DNA of 64,000 nucleotides from an uncultured Candidatus Saccharibacteria bacterium (lineage in GTDB: Bacteria; Patescibacteriota; Saccharimonadia; CAILAD01; JADZBC01): positions 616 through 64,615 of the forward strand of contig CAYTBW010000002.1 of assembly GCA_964436255.1 (NCBI GenBank), in the 5' to 3' direction. Below the pieces are notes generated by a model. The model made no database searches, had not been told where the DNA came from, and saw only the letters and a program-made list of their open reading frames with translations. Each line of letters opens with the position of its first letter. The stretch's first letter is position 1. Position numbers and translations under genes: made by a program. Of the stretch, positions 55,087-64,000 are shown one piece after another.

Positions 55087-55803
55087 CTATTTGGCCGAGG
55101 TAGTGTGTCGCTTAGGTAGGGAGGTGGCGAGCTCCAGAATGTCATCTTCATCGTCGATGATTTGGAATATACCTAGATCGCTTGGGACGATTGTACCAAA
55201 GTCTTCGAGGAAGGTGGTGCGCAGCACCCTCTCCATAGGCCGCCAAAAGTGCGAGCCAACACAAACAATTGGGATCTGAGGTATTTTATGCTCTTGCTTT
55301 AGGGTAACGAGCTCAAAGAATTCATCCATGGTGCCGAAGCCGCCAGGGAACACGATGTAGAGCCGTGCCGCGAAAGCCAGCATGACTTTGCGTGCGAAGA
55401 AATAATGAAAATCAACTTGGTCGGTTAAGTATTGATTCGGCTTCTGATGGTGGGCTTCAAGCTCGATCGTAAAGCCGACGGATTTTCCGCCAGCTTCGAA
55501 TGCGCCTCTATTCGCAGCCTCCATTATGCCAGGGCCTCCGCCTGTCACTACGGTATAACCTTGTTCCGACACGAGCCTGCTGGCGAGGTTCTGGGCTTTT
55601 TGATAGAGCTTATCATCTTCCTTGATCTGCTTGGAGCCAAAGAATGACACGACCTTATTCATGTTCTCAACGACGCTGAACCCATCATTGAGCTCCTGCG
55701 TGATCTCGCACATCCGCGCGTCGTCGGCCGTGCCATTCGCTTTGCAGACATTCCGAACTTCCTGTAGCGTCCATGGTTTTTGCATGCGTCTAGTATACGG
55801 CAA
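55087..55803 (-). CDS. LOG-family protein (cytokinin riboside 5'-monophosphate phosphoribohydrolase/PpnN-like nucleotide nucleosidase)
   Basis: 'PGGFGTMDEFFE' (GGxGTxxE) and 'TGGGPGIMEA' LOG signatures. Confidence 0.75.
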   Translation of the reverse strand: MPYTRRMQKPWTLQEVRNVCKANGTADDARMCEITQELNDGFSVVENMNKVVSFFGSKQIKEDDKLYQKAQNLASRLVSEQGYTVVTGGGPGIMEAANRGAFEAGGKSVGFTIELEAHHQKPNQYLTDQVDFHYFFARKVMLAFAARLYIVFPGGFGTMDEFFELVTLKQEHKIPQIPIVCVGSHFWRPMERVLRTTFLEDFGTIVPSDLGIFQIIDDEDDILELATSLPKRHTTSAK

Positions 55804-55843
55804 AATACTTATGCTCTACCATAGCCCGTGGTACTATTTATGT

Positions 55844-57640
55844 ATGAAGAGGCTTCTACAGATAGTTTTGAGTGCCAGCATGTTGGTTCTTGCCTTTGTT
55901 GCGGTGCTTCTACCGCAGTCTGCTCGAGCCAGTGTCGACGACTTTAGCTTTAAGAGCTTCGAGGCAGACTACTACTTGTCGCGCGACGACCAAAAGGTTG
56001 CAAGAGTGAAGGTGGTCGAAAAGCTCGTACCGATCTTCCCGGACTATGACCAGAATCGAGGATTACGTCGCGTATTACCTAAGACATACAAAGGTCGTAG
56101 TCTGGACGTTCAAGTCCAATCTGTTACTGATGATGGGGGTGTTGGGCGGCCATACACTACCGTTAGCGCGAATGGAAATTTAGAGCTACTTATTCGCAGT
56201 GATGAGTATGTGCGTGGTGAGCAGACGTACCTTATAACCTACACCCTGCGCGACGTCATGACCTTCTACGACGATCATGACGAGTGGTACTGGGACACAA
56301 ATGGTGATCAGTGGCGGCAGCCGTTCGGCAGTGTTGCTGCACGCGTACATGTGCCAAACTACTTGGCAGGAGAGCTGAAACAGCAGCAAGAATGCTTTAC
56401 TGGTTCCTATGGGTCCAATCAGCAGGACTGCACGATTATACGTAGTGCGTCGGGCGACGACACGGTAATTAGTGTCGCTGCCAACAGAACCCTGCTGGCA
56501 GGAGAGAATCTTAGTTTTGTTTTGGCGTTCAATAAAGATACCTTCGCGGCCTACAAGATGCCCGCAGGGCTTATTGCTTTATTCCTGCTCGGTGGTTTTG
56601 TGGTCTTTGTTGTGCCGCCATTGATTGCCCTGATAGTAATGATGAGACTATGGCGCAAGAGCGGTCGTGATCCAAGGGGTAAAGGCGTGATTATTGCCCA
56701 ATACACACCTGAGGATTCTATGCACCCAATGCTTGCCAGTACTATTCTGGATCAGGCAATGAGTCCGAATGCAGTGTCGGCCGCCATGATTGATTTGTGC
56801 ATTCGGGGTTATTTGCGACTCTATGAGGTCAAGCACAAAAAACTTATAGGAAGCGACGAGAAGTACGAGATCGAGCAAGTTAAGGCAGATCTTTCTGAGC
56901 TCCGAGGGGAAGAGCGGCGGGTTATCAGCATGATCTTTAAGGGTCACAAAGTTGGTCAAAGAGTTGCCTTAGATGATTTATCAGAAACACTCTATTCTCA
57001 GGTCGCAAAGCTTGGCGAGGATCTGGGTACACTTGCGGCTGGCTCGGGCTACTTCGTAGAGGATCCCGGGAAGGTTCGTAAGCATTATGTTTCTAGGGGG
57101 ATGTTTCTGGTGATTCCGGCAGCGGTGCTTATGTTTATGCCGTTTACGTTCTTTTTGACGGGTGGCATATTGGCGGCAGGACTGATTGTGTGTGCCTTTG
57201 GTTGGGGTATGCCTGCCCGTACACCAAAGGGAGTTACGAGCCTAGAACATCTGAAGGGCATGAAGCTGTATATGCAGATGGCAGAGGCAGATCGAATCAA
57301 GATGTTGCAGAGCCCGGAAGGCGCTGAGAAAGCCAGCGTTAATCCGAATGATAAGGCTCAGTTGGTAAAGCTATACGAAAAGCTCCTGCCGTACGCAATG
57401 CTTTTTGGGATAGAAAAGCAATGGGCCAAGCAGTTCGCTGCGCTGTACACTCAGCCGCCCGATTGGTATAGCGGCAACAGCACCTTTAACGCTGTAGCGT
57501 TTTCGAACTCTGTAAATGGCTTTGGTAGCACCGCATCAAGCAGCTTTAGCCCGCCATCGAGTTCTGGCTCAAGTGGTTTTTCTGGCGGCGGCGGTTTTTC
57601 TGGCGGCGGCGGTGGCGGTGGTGGCGGCGGCGGGCTGTAG
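55844..57640 (+). CDS. DUF2207-family membrane protein with a C-terminal Gly-rich tail
   Basis: Signal peptide, large extracytoplasmic N-domain, central TM cluster, C-terminal 'GGGFSGGGGGGGGGGGL' encoded by a GGC-repeat tract at 57580-57640. Start at ATG 55844. Confidence 0.55.
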   Translation: MKRLLQIVLSASMLVLAFVAVLLPQSARASVDDFSFKSFEADYYLSRDDQKVARVKVVEKLVPIFPDYDQNRGLRRVLPKTYKGRSLDVQVQSVTDDGGVGRPYTTVSANGNLELLIRSDEYVRGEQTYLITYTLRDVMTFYDDHDEWYWDTNGDQWRQPFGSVAARVHVPNYLAGELKQQQECFTGSYGSNQQDCTIIRSASGDDTVISVAANRTLLAGENLSFVLAFNKDTFAAYKMPAGLIALFLLGGFVVFVVPPLIALIVMMRLWRKSGRDPRGKGVIIAQYTPEDSMHPMLASTILDQAMSPNAVSAAMIDLCIRGYLRLYEVKHKKLIGSDEKYEIEQVKADLSELRGEERRVISMIFKGHKVGQRVALDDLSETLYSQVAKLGEDLGTLAAGSGYFVEDPGKVRKHYVSRGMFLVIPAAVLMFMPFTFFLTGGILAAGLIVCAFGWGMPARTPKGVTSLEHLKGMKLYMQMAEADRIKMLQSPEGAEKASVNPNDKAQLVKLYEKLLPYAMLFGIEKQWAKQFAALYTQPPDWYSGNSTFNAVAFSNSVNGFGSTASSSFSPPSSSGSSGFSGGGGFSGGGGGGGGGGGL

Positions 57641-57703
57641 AACGTTCAGCAAATGCCCAGGTGCTTCAGCTATTACTAAGCAAAGATAGGTTATAATAGG
57701 CTA

Positions 57704-57946
57704 ATGATTGATTTTGCTTTTCGGCACACAAAGAAGTTTGCGATAGGCCTAATTGGCGCCACCGTAGTGCTTGTTGGCATAATCTTCTTTGTATTACCCG
57801 GACCGGGTTTCATTTTTGTAATTCTCGGTCTTGCAATCCTGGCGACTGAGTTTGCTTGGGCTAAGGGTCTTCTGGATAGCGCAAAAGAGCGTTACGAGAA
57901 AACGAAACAGAGAATCAAGCAAGGGCGTAAGAATAAGATAGATTGA
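57704..57946 (+). CDS. PGPGW-family small transmembrane protein
   Basis: 'VLPGPGFIFVILGLAILATEF' matches the PGPGW domain. Confidence 0.5.
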   Translation: MIDFAFRHTKKFAIGLIGATVVLVGIIFFVLPGPGFIFVILGLAILATEFAWAKGLLDSAKERYEKTKQRIKQGRKNKID

Positions 57947-57947
57947 T

Positions 57948-58667
57948 ATGATTGAAGTTAAGAATGTTTGTAAGACATATGGGGAGGGTGATAGCGCTTT
58001 TACGGCTTTGTATAAAGTGCACATTGATATTCCCGAGGGCAGCACCACCGCGATTATTGGCAAGAGTGGATCGGGCAAATCTACGCTCATGCACATTATG
58101 AGTGGACTCGATCACCCGACCGAAGGCGGAGTAGTAATCGATGGCAAAAACCTGCAGGAAATGAAGCCCAAGGAGATGGATACTTTTCGGTCTCACAAGA
58201 TGAGTTTTATATTCCAGGCATTCTTTGTAGAGGCGAATCAGACCTGTTATCAGAACGTTATGTTGCCCCTTGAGATCGCAAAGGTGGGGCGCCGAGATCG
58301 TAGAAAACATGTGCTTGAGGCACTCGAGGCAGTTGGTTTGGCTGACAAGGTTAACTCCCTGGCTGCAAACTTATCAGGTGGACAGAAGCAAAGACTCGCC
58401 ATAGCTCGCGCTATTGTGAATACGCCTAAATTAATCTTTGCCGACGAGCCAACAGGGAATCTCGACAGCACCACCGGTGACGTTATTATTAAACTTTTGT
58501 TTGACCTCAACCGAAAGCTCGGCTGCACATTAGTAATCGTAACCCATGATCCAGAGCTGGCTGATAGGTGCGGCATCCAGATACATATGAAGGACGGCGA
58601 AATTAGTAAGACCATGGGGCTCGAGACGGCTAAAAAGCCAGCGAAGAAGAAGGTAGGTACCAAATGA
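57948..58667 (+). CDS. ABC transporter ATP-binding protein (MacB/LolD/FtsE-like)
   Basis: Walker A 'GKSGSGKST', 'LSGGQKQR' signature, 'LIFADEPT' Walker B. Confidence 0.85.
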   Translation: MIEVKNVCKTYGEGDSAFTALYKVHIDIPEGSTTAIIGKSGSGKSTLMHIMSGLDHPTEGGVVIDGKNLQEMKPKEMDTFRSHKMSFIFQAFFVEANQTCYQNVMLPLEIAKVGRRDRRKHVLEALEAVGLADKVNSLAANLSGGQKQRLAIARAIVNTPKLIFADEPTGNLDSTTGDVIIKLLFDLNRKLGCTLVIVTHDPELADRCGIQIHMKDGEISKTMGLETAKKPAKKKVGTK

Positions 58668-60046
58668 TTCTGCGCGACCAAATAGCTCGATCGGGCCGGA
58701 ACTTACGGAACGCAAAAGCGCGGACGCTCCTTACAGCTGCCGCAATTGCAGTGGGCACATTTGCCCTGACTCTTACCTTGGCAGCTAGCAATGGCGCTAC
58801 GGCGTTCGTGAATAAGATTATAGCTGAGAACTTCGATCCAGCAGAGCTGATTGTTGCAAAAGATAAGTCAATTTTTGGCGGCAATGGCAGCAACACGAAG
58901 CCGCGCGAGTACGACCCAAGCTTCGGTACCGGGGTGTCGAATTCTGGTGCTACCACACAAATTAAGCGCGTGACCGACGAAGACATCGCAGTAATTAAGA
59001 GCGTGGATGGTGTAGTTAACGTTCGCGAAGACATCACGGTAAACTTGCGCTACATTACCCGCCCTGATCAAAAGAAGTACGTGGCGTCACTAGCAGCCTT
59101 TAGTCCCGCGCAGAAGCCTACCTTGCTAGCTGGTAGCATCGGTGAAGGTGGAGTGGTCGGCAAGGATGCTATCCTGCTGCCCGAAGGCTACGTTAAGGCA
59201 CTCGGCTTCAAGGATGCGCAGGATGCCATCGGCAAGGACATAACAGCTTCAGTTACAAAATCACTTACTGCCGGCGCAGCGGATATTGCCAGTTTAAGTG
59301 CGAGCGTAAATTCGCCAGCTGATTTGGCCAAACTGAGTGAGCAGGCAAGCGTGGAGCGAACGCTTAAGGTGGCAGCCGTCACCAAGAAGCCAACCACGGC
59401 TCAGCCTGGCACAGAGCTCTACCTGTATGCCGACGCCGATACGGCTCGTGAGCTGAATGACATTACTACCGAGGGCACCGCTAACTACCGCAAATACAAC
59501 TACGTATTCGCCAAAGTCGAGGGCGGTGAGAACGAGGCTACACTCAAAGCCGCTCAGGATGAGCTTAAAGAGAAGGGCTTCGCCGTACAGAGCGTTAAGG
59601 AAGCCCAAGAGTTCCTGACCAGCATCATCTCGATCCTGCAGGGGATTGTGGCGGCCTTTGCGGCAATTGCTATCATCGCCTCGGTCTTCGGCATCGTGAA
59701 CACCATGTACATTAGCGTACTACAGCGTACACGAGAGATTGGCCTTATGAAGGCGCTCGGCATGCGTAAGCGCGATATTGGTAGACTGTTTCGTTTTGAG
59801 GCGGCATGGATCGGGTTCATCGGAGGGGTTGTCGGCTCTCTATTAGCGGTTGGCTTGGGCGTAGCCTTAAACCCTTGGATTACCAAGTCGCTTGACCTTG
59901 GTACGGGCAATTCACTGCTCATATTTAAGCCATTCGAGGTCGTGCAGCTCGTGGTCGCACTGATGATCGTGGCAATCTTGACAGGGTGGCTGCCATCGCG
60001 CAAGGCTGCCAAGCTCGACCCAATTGAAGCGCTAAGGACAGAATAG
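58664..60046 (+). CDS. ABC transporter permease, FtsX/MacB-like (4 TM plus a large extracytoplasmic domain)
   Basis: MacB_PCD-like N-terminal region and FtsX C-terminal TM bundle; start overlaps the ATPase gene. Confidence 0.75.
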   Translation: MILRDQIARSGRNLRNAKARTLLTAAAIAVGTFALTLTLAASNGATAFVNKIIAENFDPAELIVAKDKSIFGGNGSNTKPREYDPSFGTGVSNSGATTQIKRVTDEDIAVIKSVDGVVNVREDITVNLRYITRPDQKKYVASLAAFSPAQKPTLLAGSIGEGGVVGKDAILLPEGYVKALGFKDAQDAIGKDITASVTKSLTAGAADIASLSASVNSPADLAKLSEQASVERTLKVAAVTKKPTTAQPGTELYLYADADTARELNDITTEGTANYRKYNYVFAKVEGGENEATLKAAQDELKEKGFAVQSVKEAQEFLTSIISILQGIVAAFAAIAIIASVFGIVNTMYISVLQRTREIGLMKALGMRKRDIGRLFRFEAAWIGFIGGVVGSLLAVGLGVALNPWITKSLDLGTGNSLLIFKPFEVVQLVVALMIVAILTGWLPSRKAAKLDPIEALRTE

Positions 60047-60054
60047 GAGACGAT

Positions 60055-60312
60055 ATGTTAATTGATGTACGTACGCCAGAGGAATATGCAGAAGCCCATA
60101 TAGACGGGGCTGTTAACGTGGAGCTAGCTGAGGGTATGGCCTCTAAACTGCCGGCTGATGCAGCCGGCCAAACACTCGAAATTTATTGCAGGAGTGGCGG
60201 TAGGGCTACGGCAGCAGAGCAGATTCTGCGCCGGGCTGGTTATGAGGTAAAGAACTTAGGCGGCGTAGATGACGTTCTGGCACTAGGGCGTACGTTGTCG
60301 GTAGGAGAATAG
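60055..60312 (+). CDS. Single-domain rhodanese-like sulfurtransferase
   Basis: 'MLIDVRTPEEYAEAHIDGAVN...YCRSGGRA' active-site Cys loop. Confidence 0.75.
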   Translation: MLIDVRTPEEYAEAHIDGAVNVELAEGMASKLPADAAGQTLEIYCRSGGRATAAEQILRRAGYEVKNLGGVDDVLALGRTLSVGE

Positions 60313-60334
60313 AGCAAAGCCACTAAAACGAAAA

Positions 60335-60365
60335 GGACCCCCGAACGAATCGGGGGTCCTTTTCG
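60335..60365. terminator. Bidirectional rho-independent terminator
   Basis: AAAAGGACCCCCGA-ACGAA-TCGGGGGTCCTTTTCG: 10-bp GC stem, A-run upstream and T-run downstream, between convergent genes. The 3' arm is directly repeated (CGTTCGGGGGTCG) at 60365-60377. Confidence 0.8.
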
Positions 60366-60393
60366 TTCGGGGGTCGGGTGGTGCGGGCTGGGT

Positions 60394-60813
60394 TTAGCTG
60401 ATCGGCTTGAGCTCCAGGCCGAGCTTGGCCAGCTTCTCCTTGACCAGGTCGAGGCTCTTCTGGCCGAAGTTCGTGATCGCGAGGAGGTCATCCTCGGTCT
60501 TCTCGACCAGCTGGCCGACGGTCTCGATCTGGGCACGACGCAGGCTGTTGCGAGCCCGTTCGACGCGGTTGTCGTCGGGGGGTGGCGAACCACCCTCGTC
60601 GTAGCCGAGGAACTCCTCGGTGGTCATCTCCACCGGCGGCTTCTGTCCGATGTACTCGACGCTCGAGACCTGGGTCTGGATGCGCGCGCTGAGCTTCAGG
60701 CCGGGGTAGTCCTGCTCCATGCGCAGGATGGCGGCCTTGGCAGCCAGGATCTGGTCCGCGGGGCCCGTCATGACGAGCTCGGCGGAGATGCTGTTGGGTT
60801 CGGGGTCGGTCAT
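60394..60813 (-). CDS. Stand-alone RNA polymerase alpha-subunit C-terminal-domain (alphaCTD)-like protein, high-GC, probably horizontally acquired
   Basis: C-terminal '[51 protein letters not shown]' matches the RpoA alphaCTD helix-hairpin-helix, especially actinobacterial '[24 protein letters not shown]'. The N-terminal half resembles the RpoA linker region. ~65-70% GC with GC3-rich codons against a ~50% GC genome. Own RBS AGAGG plus ATG at 60813. Confidence 0.6.
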   Translation of the reverse strand: MTDPEPNSISAELVMTGPADQILAAKAAILRMEQDYPGLKLSARIQTQVSSVEYIGQKPPVEMTTEEFLGYDEGGSPPPDDNRVERARNSLRRAQIETVGQLVEKTEDDLLAITNFGQKSLDLVKEKLAKLGLELKPIS

Positions 60814-60961
60814 CTGATACCTCTGTTCTCTAGTGACCGTGAGACGCCCTTCTGGGCGATTAAGGCATAATAGCATAATATAGCTTATTTGTCAATATAC
60901 TTTGACATTTTGTTACTCTACTGACTTTCCGTTATACTTGAACCAATATAAAGGAGCCACT

Positions 60962-62281
60962 ATGGCACGGGTTACACCACGAATTCTCAGCGGTTTTGTA
61001 GAACTACTACCCGAGGATCAAATCCAGTTCAATAAGATGTTCGATACTATTCGTGGCGTATACGAGAGCTACGGCTATGCGCCGATTGAAACTCCTGCAA
61101 TTGAGCTGGGCGAGGTACTGCTTGCCAAAGCGGGCGGAGAAACTGAAAAGCAGATATACAAAATCGCTCGCGATAAAGACGACAAAGACATGGCGTTGCA
61201 CTTTGACCTAACCGTGCCATTGGCGCGTTACGTGGCCCAACACGAGGGTGAATTGGTGTTTCCGTTCCGCAGGTACCAGATGCAAAAGGTATGGCGCGGC
61301 GAGCGCAGCCAAGCGGGCCGATATAGAGAATTCTATCAGTGTGACATTGATGTAATCGGTAGTAATAGTGTTCTGTATGATGCCGAGATGCCTGCGGTTA
61401 TTTCCAGTGTGTTTCGTAAACTCAGCATCGGCAGTTTTACTATCCGTGTAAACAACCGCAAGATCCTGCAAGGCTACCTGGAGAGCATTGGTGCACATCA
61501 CATTTCTGCAGAAGTTCTGCGTGTAATTGATAAGCTAGAAAAGATCGGCGAAGCCGCAGTGGTCTCTGAGCTCGTTAAACTCGGCGTTGAAGAGCAAGTA
61601 ACCCAAAAGCTACTGGCATTCTTAAGTACGGCAGGAACTGTGGACGAGGTCCTTGAGCAGCTTGGACAAGTAGATACGCAGAATACCCGTTACCTAGCTG
61701 GCTTAGAAGAGCTACGTGGCGTGGTTGACGGTATGCGCCGCCTTGGTTTGCCAGACGAAGATTATGTGATTGATCTTAAAATTGCCCGTGGCTTGGATTA
61801 CTACACCGGTACTGTTTACGAAACGAACCTCGATGACTTCCCGGGCGTAGGTAGCGTATGCTCCGGCGGGCGTTATGATGATTTGGCAAGTTATTACACC
61901 AAAAGCAAGCTCCCTGGAGTGGGTGTTTCCATAGGTCTAACACGGCTCTTTATGCAGCTCAAAGAGATCGGGCTTGTGAGCGCTGGCGCTAAGACCATGA
62001 GTAGGGCTGTGATCTTGCCTCTTACCACTGATGCGACTGCACGAGCGCTAGAAGTTGCTACCCAGTTGCGGGCTGCCGGCATCGCAGTTGAAACATACAT
62101 GGAGCAGTCGCAACCAAGCAAGATGATGCGCTATGTGGATCGACTCGGCGCTCCGTACGCGATCGTGATTGGCGAAGACGAGCTGGCAAGTGGGCAAGTA
62201 GTGCTCAAGAACATGGAAACTGGCGAGCAGCCCGTCATGGGCGTCCAAGAAGTCATCAAGCGCCTTAGTGCTGACAACTAG
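60962..62281 (+). CDS. hisS: Histidyl-tRNA synthetase
   Basis: Class II motifs, HisA/HisB and anticodon-binding domain. Start ATG 60962 with AAAGGAG RBS. Confidence 0.9.
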   Translation: MARVTPRILSGFVELLPEDQIQFNKMFDTIRGVYESYGYAPIETPAIELGEVLLAKAGGETEKQIYKIARDKDDKDMALHFDLTVPLARYVAQHEGELVFPFRRYQMQKVWRGERSQAGRYREFYQCDIDVIGSNSVLYDAEMPAVISSVFRKLSIGSFTIRVNNRKILQGYLESIGAHHISAEVLRVIDKLEKIGEAAVVSELVKLGVEEQVTQKLLAFLSTAGTVDEVLEQLGQVDTQNTRYLAGLEELRGVVDGMRRLGLPDEDYVIDLKIARGLDYYTGTVYETNLDDFPGVGSVCSGGRYDDLASYYTKSKLPGVGVSIGLTRLFMQLKEIGLVSAGAKTMSRAVILPLTTDATARALEVATQLRAAGIAVETYMEQSQPSKMMRYVDRLGAPYAIVIGEDELASGQVVLKNMETGEQPVMGVQEVIKRLSADN

Positions 62282-62313
62282 CCTCGAATCTGCTATAATA
62301 TTGAGCGAAAGAT

Positions 62314-62352
62314 ACGCGCCACATTGTGTGTCAATGTAGGCGCATTTATTTT
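62314..62352 (+). terminator. Hairpin plus U-rich tract downstream of hisS (terminator, or a typA leader element)
   Basis: GCGCCACATTG-TGTGT-CAATGTAGGCGC followed by ATTTATTTTG. Confidence 0.45.
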
Positions 62353-62388
62353 GCTCAAATCTAACATAATCACTCAGAAAGGCACCAT

Positions 62389-64000
62389 ATGGAAGCTGCT
62401 CAAAAAACAGAGAATATTCGTAACATTGCAATTATTGCCCACGTAGACCATGGTAAAACTACCCTAGTAGACGGATTGCTCAAACAGTCTAAGACATTCC
62501 GTGAAAACCAAGCCGAAATGGCTCAGGACCTCATTATGGACAGTGGCGACCAGGAAAAAGAACGAGGCATTACCATTACCGCCAAAGTAACTGCCGTACA
62601 GCACGGTGACTACCGTGTAAACATTATTGATACTCCGGGGCACGCTGATTTTTCTGGCGAAGTTGAGCGTACGCTCAACATGGCCGATGGCTGTTTGCTG
62701 ATTGTGGACGCGCAGGAAGGCCCAATGCCTCAGACCAAGTTTGTACTTACTAAAGCACTTGCTGGCGGTCTTAAGCCGATTGTAGTTATTAACAAGATTG
62801 ATAAGCCAGGCAGCCGAATCGCCGAAGTAGAAGAAGAGCTGGCCGATCTGTTCCTAGAGCTCGCCGTGCATGAAGATCAGCTTCATTACCCTGTTTACTA
62901 CGCAATTGGACGCGAAGGAAAAGCCTGGAAGGACGCGCCAAGTGACCCGAGTGCAGCAGGGGACTTAGAATGTATTTTTGACGCAATAATTAGTGACGTA
63001 CCTGCTCCAGACGTAGAGCTCGATGCGCCATTCCAGATGCTCGTAACAGCCTTAGCCCACGATACCTATAAGGGCAAGTACGCTGTTGGTCGCATTAACC
63101 GCGGATCCGTGAAGCCAGGAGACACCGTTGCGCTTTGCCAAAAAGACGGCAAAATCTCCAAGGCGCGCGTTGAAGCAGTATTCATGAGCCACGGAGTCAG
63201 TAAGTTTGAAGTTCCGGGTGGAATCGCTGGCGATATCGTACAACTTACTGGAATCAGCGCTGTGCAGATTGGCGAAACAATCGCTGACGCCGAAAAGCCA
63301 GAGGCACTGCCGGTGCTCGAAGTAGAAGCACCAACACTCAAGATCTACATTGGTCCAAACACAAGTCCACTTAAGGGCCTAGAGGGTGAGTTTACAACCA
63401 GTCGACAGATAGATGAGCGTTTGTATAAAGAGCTTGAAACAAACATAGGTTTGCGTGTTGAAGACGGTGGTCTTGGGTTCTTGGTCTCAGGCCGTGGAGA
63501 ACTCCACTTAAGTGTACTTATCGAGACATTGCGCCGAGAAGGCTTCGAGCTCGAGGTAGGTAGACCACAGGTTGTGACCAAGGAAGAAGACGGCAAGACT
63601 ATGGAGCCGCTCGAAGAGCTAATTATTGAAGTCCCTGCCGAGCACGTAGGCGCGGTACAGATGGAACTTGGCGCTCGTCGCGCAACGCTGAAGGAGCAGT
63701 TTGCGAGCCCTAAGGGCGTCACGAAGCTCGTTTATGAATTACCAACTCGCGTTCTGCTTGGTTTGCGCAATATTCTACTTACCAACACAAAAGGCACAGT
63801 GATTATGAACAGCCTCATGATCGGCTACCAGCCACTAGGCCCTGCTATGCAGCAGCTCCGTAGTGGCGTACTCATCGCTTTTGAGGCCGGCTCGACCACT
63901 CCATATGCTCTTCAGACTGTTGAGCAGCGCGGTACATGTTTTGTTGGTCCGGGCGAAAAGGTATACGCCGGGCAGATTATTGGTCTGAACGCGCGTTCCG
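62389..64000 (+). CDS. typA: Translational GTPase TypA/BipA (5' portion; continues beyond the window end)
   Basis: '[19 protein letters not shown]', '[10 protein letters not shown]', 'NKID'. No stop before position 64000. Confidence 0.85.
   Translation, partial: MEAAQKTENIRNIAIIAHVDHGKTTLVDGLLKQSKTFRENQAEMAQDLIMDSGDQEKERGITITAKVTAVQHGDYRVNIIDTPGHADFSGEVERTLNMADGCLLIVDAQEGPMPQTKFVLTKALAGGLKPIVVINKIDKPGSRIAEVEEELADLFLELAVHEDQLHYPVYYAIGREGKAWKDAPSDPSAAGDLECIFDAIISDVPAPDVELDAPFQMLVTALAHDTYKGKYAVGRINRGSVKPGDTVALCQKDGKISKARVEAVFMSHGVSKFEVPGGIAGDIVQLTGISAVQIGETIADAEKPEALPVLEVEAPTLKIYIGPNTSPLKGLEGEFTTSRQIDERLYKELETNIGLRVEDGGLGFLVSGRGELHLSVLIETLRREGFELEVGRPQVVTKEEDGKTMEPLEELIIEVPAEHVGAVQMELGARRATLKEQFASPKGVTKLVYELPTRVLLGLRNILLTNTKGTVIMNSLMIGYQPLGPAMQQLRSGVLIAFEAGSTTPYALQTVEQRGTCFVGPGEKVYAGQIIGLNARS

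Noticed and set aside
57541-57640. (GGC)n / GGTGGCGG tract that looks like a simple-sequence repeat or possible CRISPR-like repeat.
   Set aside because: Uninterrupted, in-frame coding sequence for the poly-Gly tail of the DUF2207 protein. There are no spacers and no repeat-spacer periodicity.
1-64000. Searched for CRISPR arrays, rRNA/tRNA genes, transposases/integrases, and inverted-repeat-bounded insertion sequences.
   Set aside because: No repeat-spacer periodicity, no rRNA-like conserved stretches, no cloverleaf-compatible sequences in any intergenic region, and no ORF with DDE/tyrosine-recombinase motifs. The only compositionally foreign block is the 60.37-60.83 kb high-GC gene, which lacks flanking recombinase genes or inverted repeats.

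Overview
The window is 64 kb of dense, mostly housekeeping bacterial sequence at about 50% GC, with a few accessory genes and one clearly foreign insertion. I support about 68 protein-coding genes and found no rRNA, tRNA, CRISPR array, transposase or integrase. The gene repertoire (small informational proteins, LPXTG-type surface proteins, a Gram-positive-like envelope toolkit of sortase substrates, LCP, SEDS and signal peptidase I, few biosynthetic genes, many scavenging enzymes) is compatible with a reduced-genome Patescibacteria/Saccharibacteria-like organism, but this placement is inference only. Core content: rpsA-ylxR-infB-rbfA, fmt-def-priA, secDF, recJ, rpsU-yqeY-ybeY-dgkA-adk-map, ftsA-ftsZ, nrdR, pyk, ileS, FtsW/RodA, trxB, parAB, trpS, lepB, an LCP protein, htrA, prfA-prmC, rpmE, a MacB-like ABC transporter, hisS and typA. 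Most notable items: (1) a ~0.45 kb segment of ~65-70% GC at 60.37-60.83 kb encoding a stand-alone RNA polymerase alpha C-terminal-domain-like protein with actinobacterial-style codon usage, which looks like a recent horizontal acquisition; (2) a canonical T-box riboswitch with a strong sigma70 promoter and intrinsic terminator upstream of an AstE/AspA-family gene and trpS; (3) a second, terminator-less T-box-like leader upstream of ileS with an AUC specifier candidate, probably translational; (4) an 869-aa cytoplasmic protein with ~16 tandem 21-aa LRR-like repeats; (5) a zinc-ribbon-TM-pilin-like protein with a divergent wHTH regulator; (6) a SET-domain protein; (7) an ImmA/IrrE-like metallopeptidase convergent with a KGG stress protein; (8) a 5' cluster of DUF11/LPQTG, DUF4214 and M15-peptidase surface proteins; (9) a nucleotide-salvage theme (secreted SNase, NDT-like, LOG).
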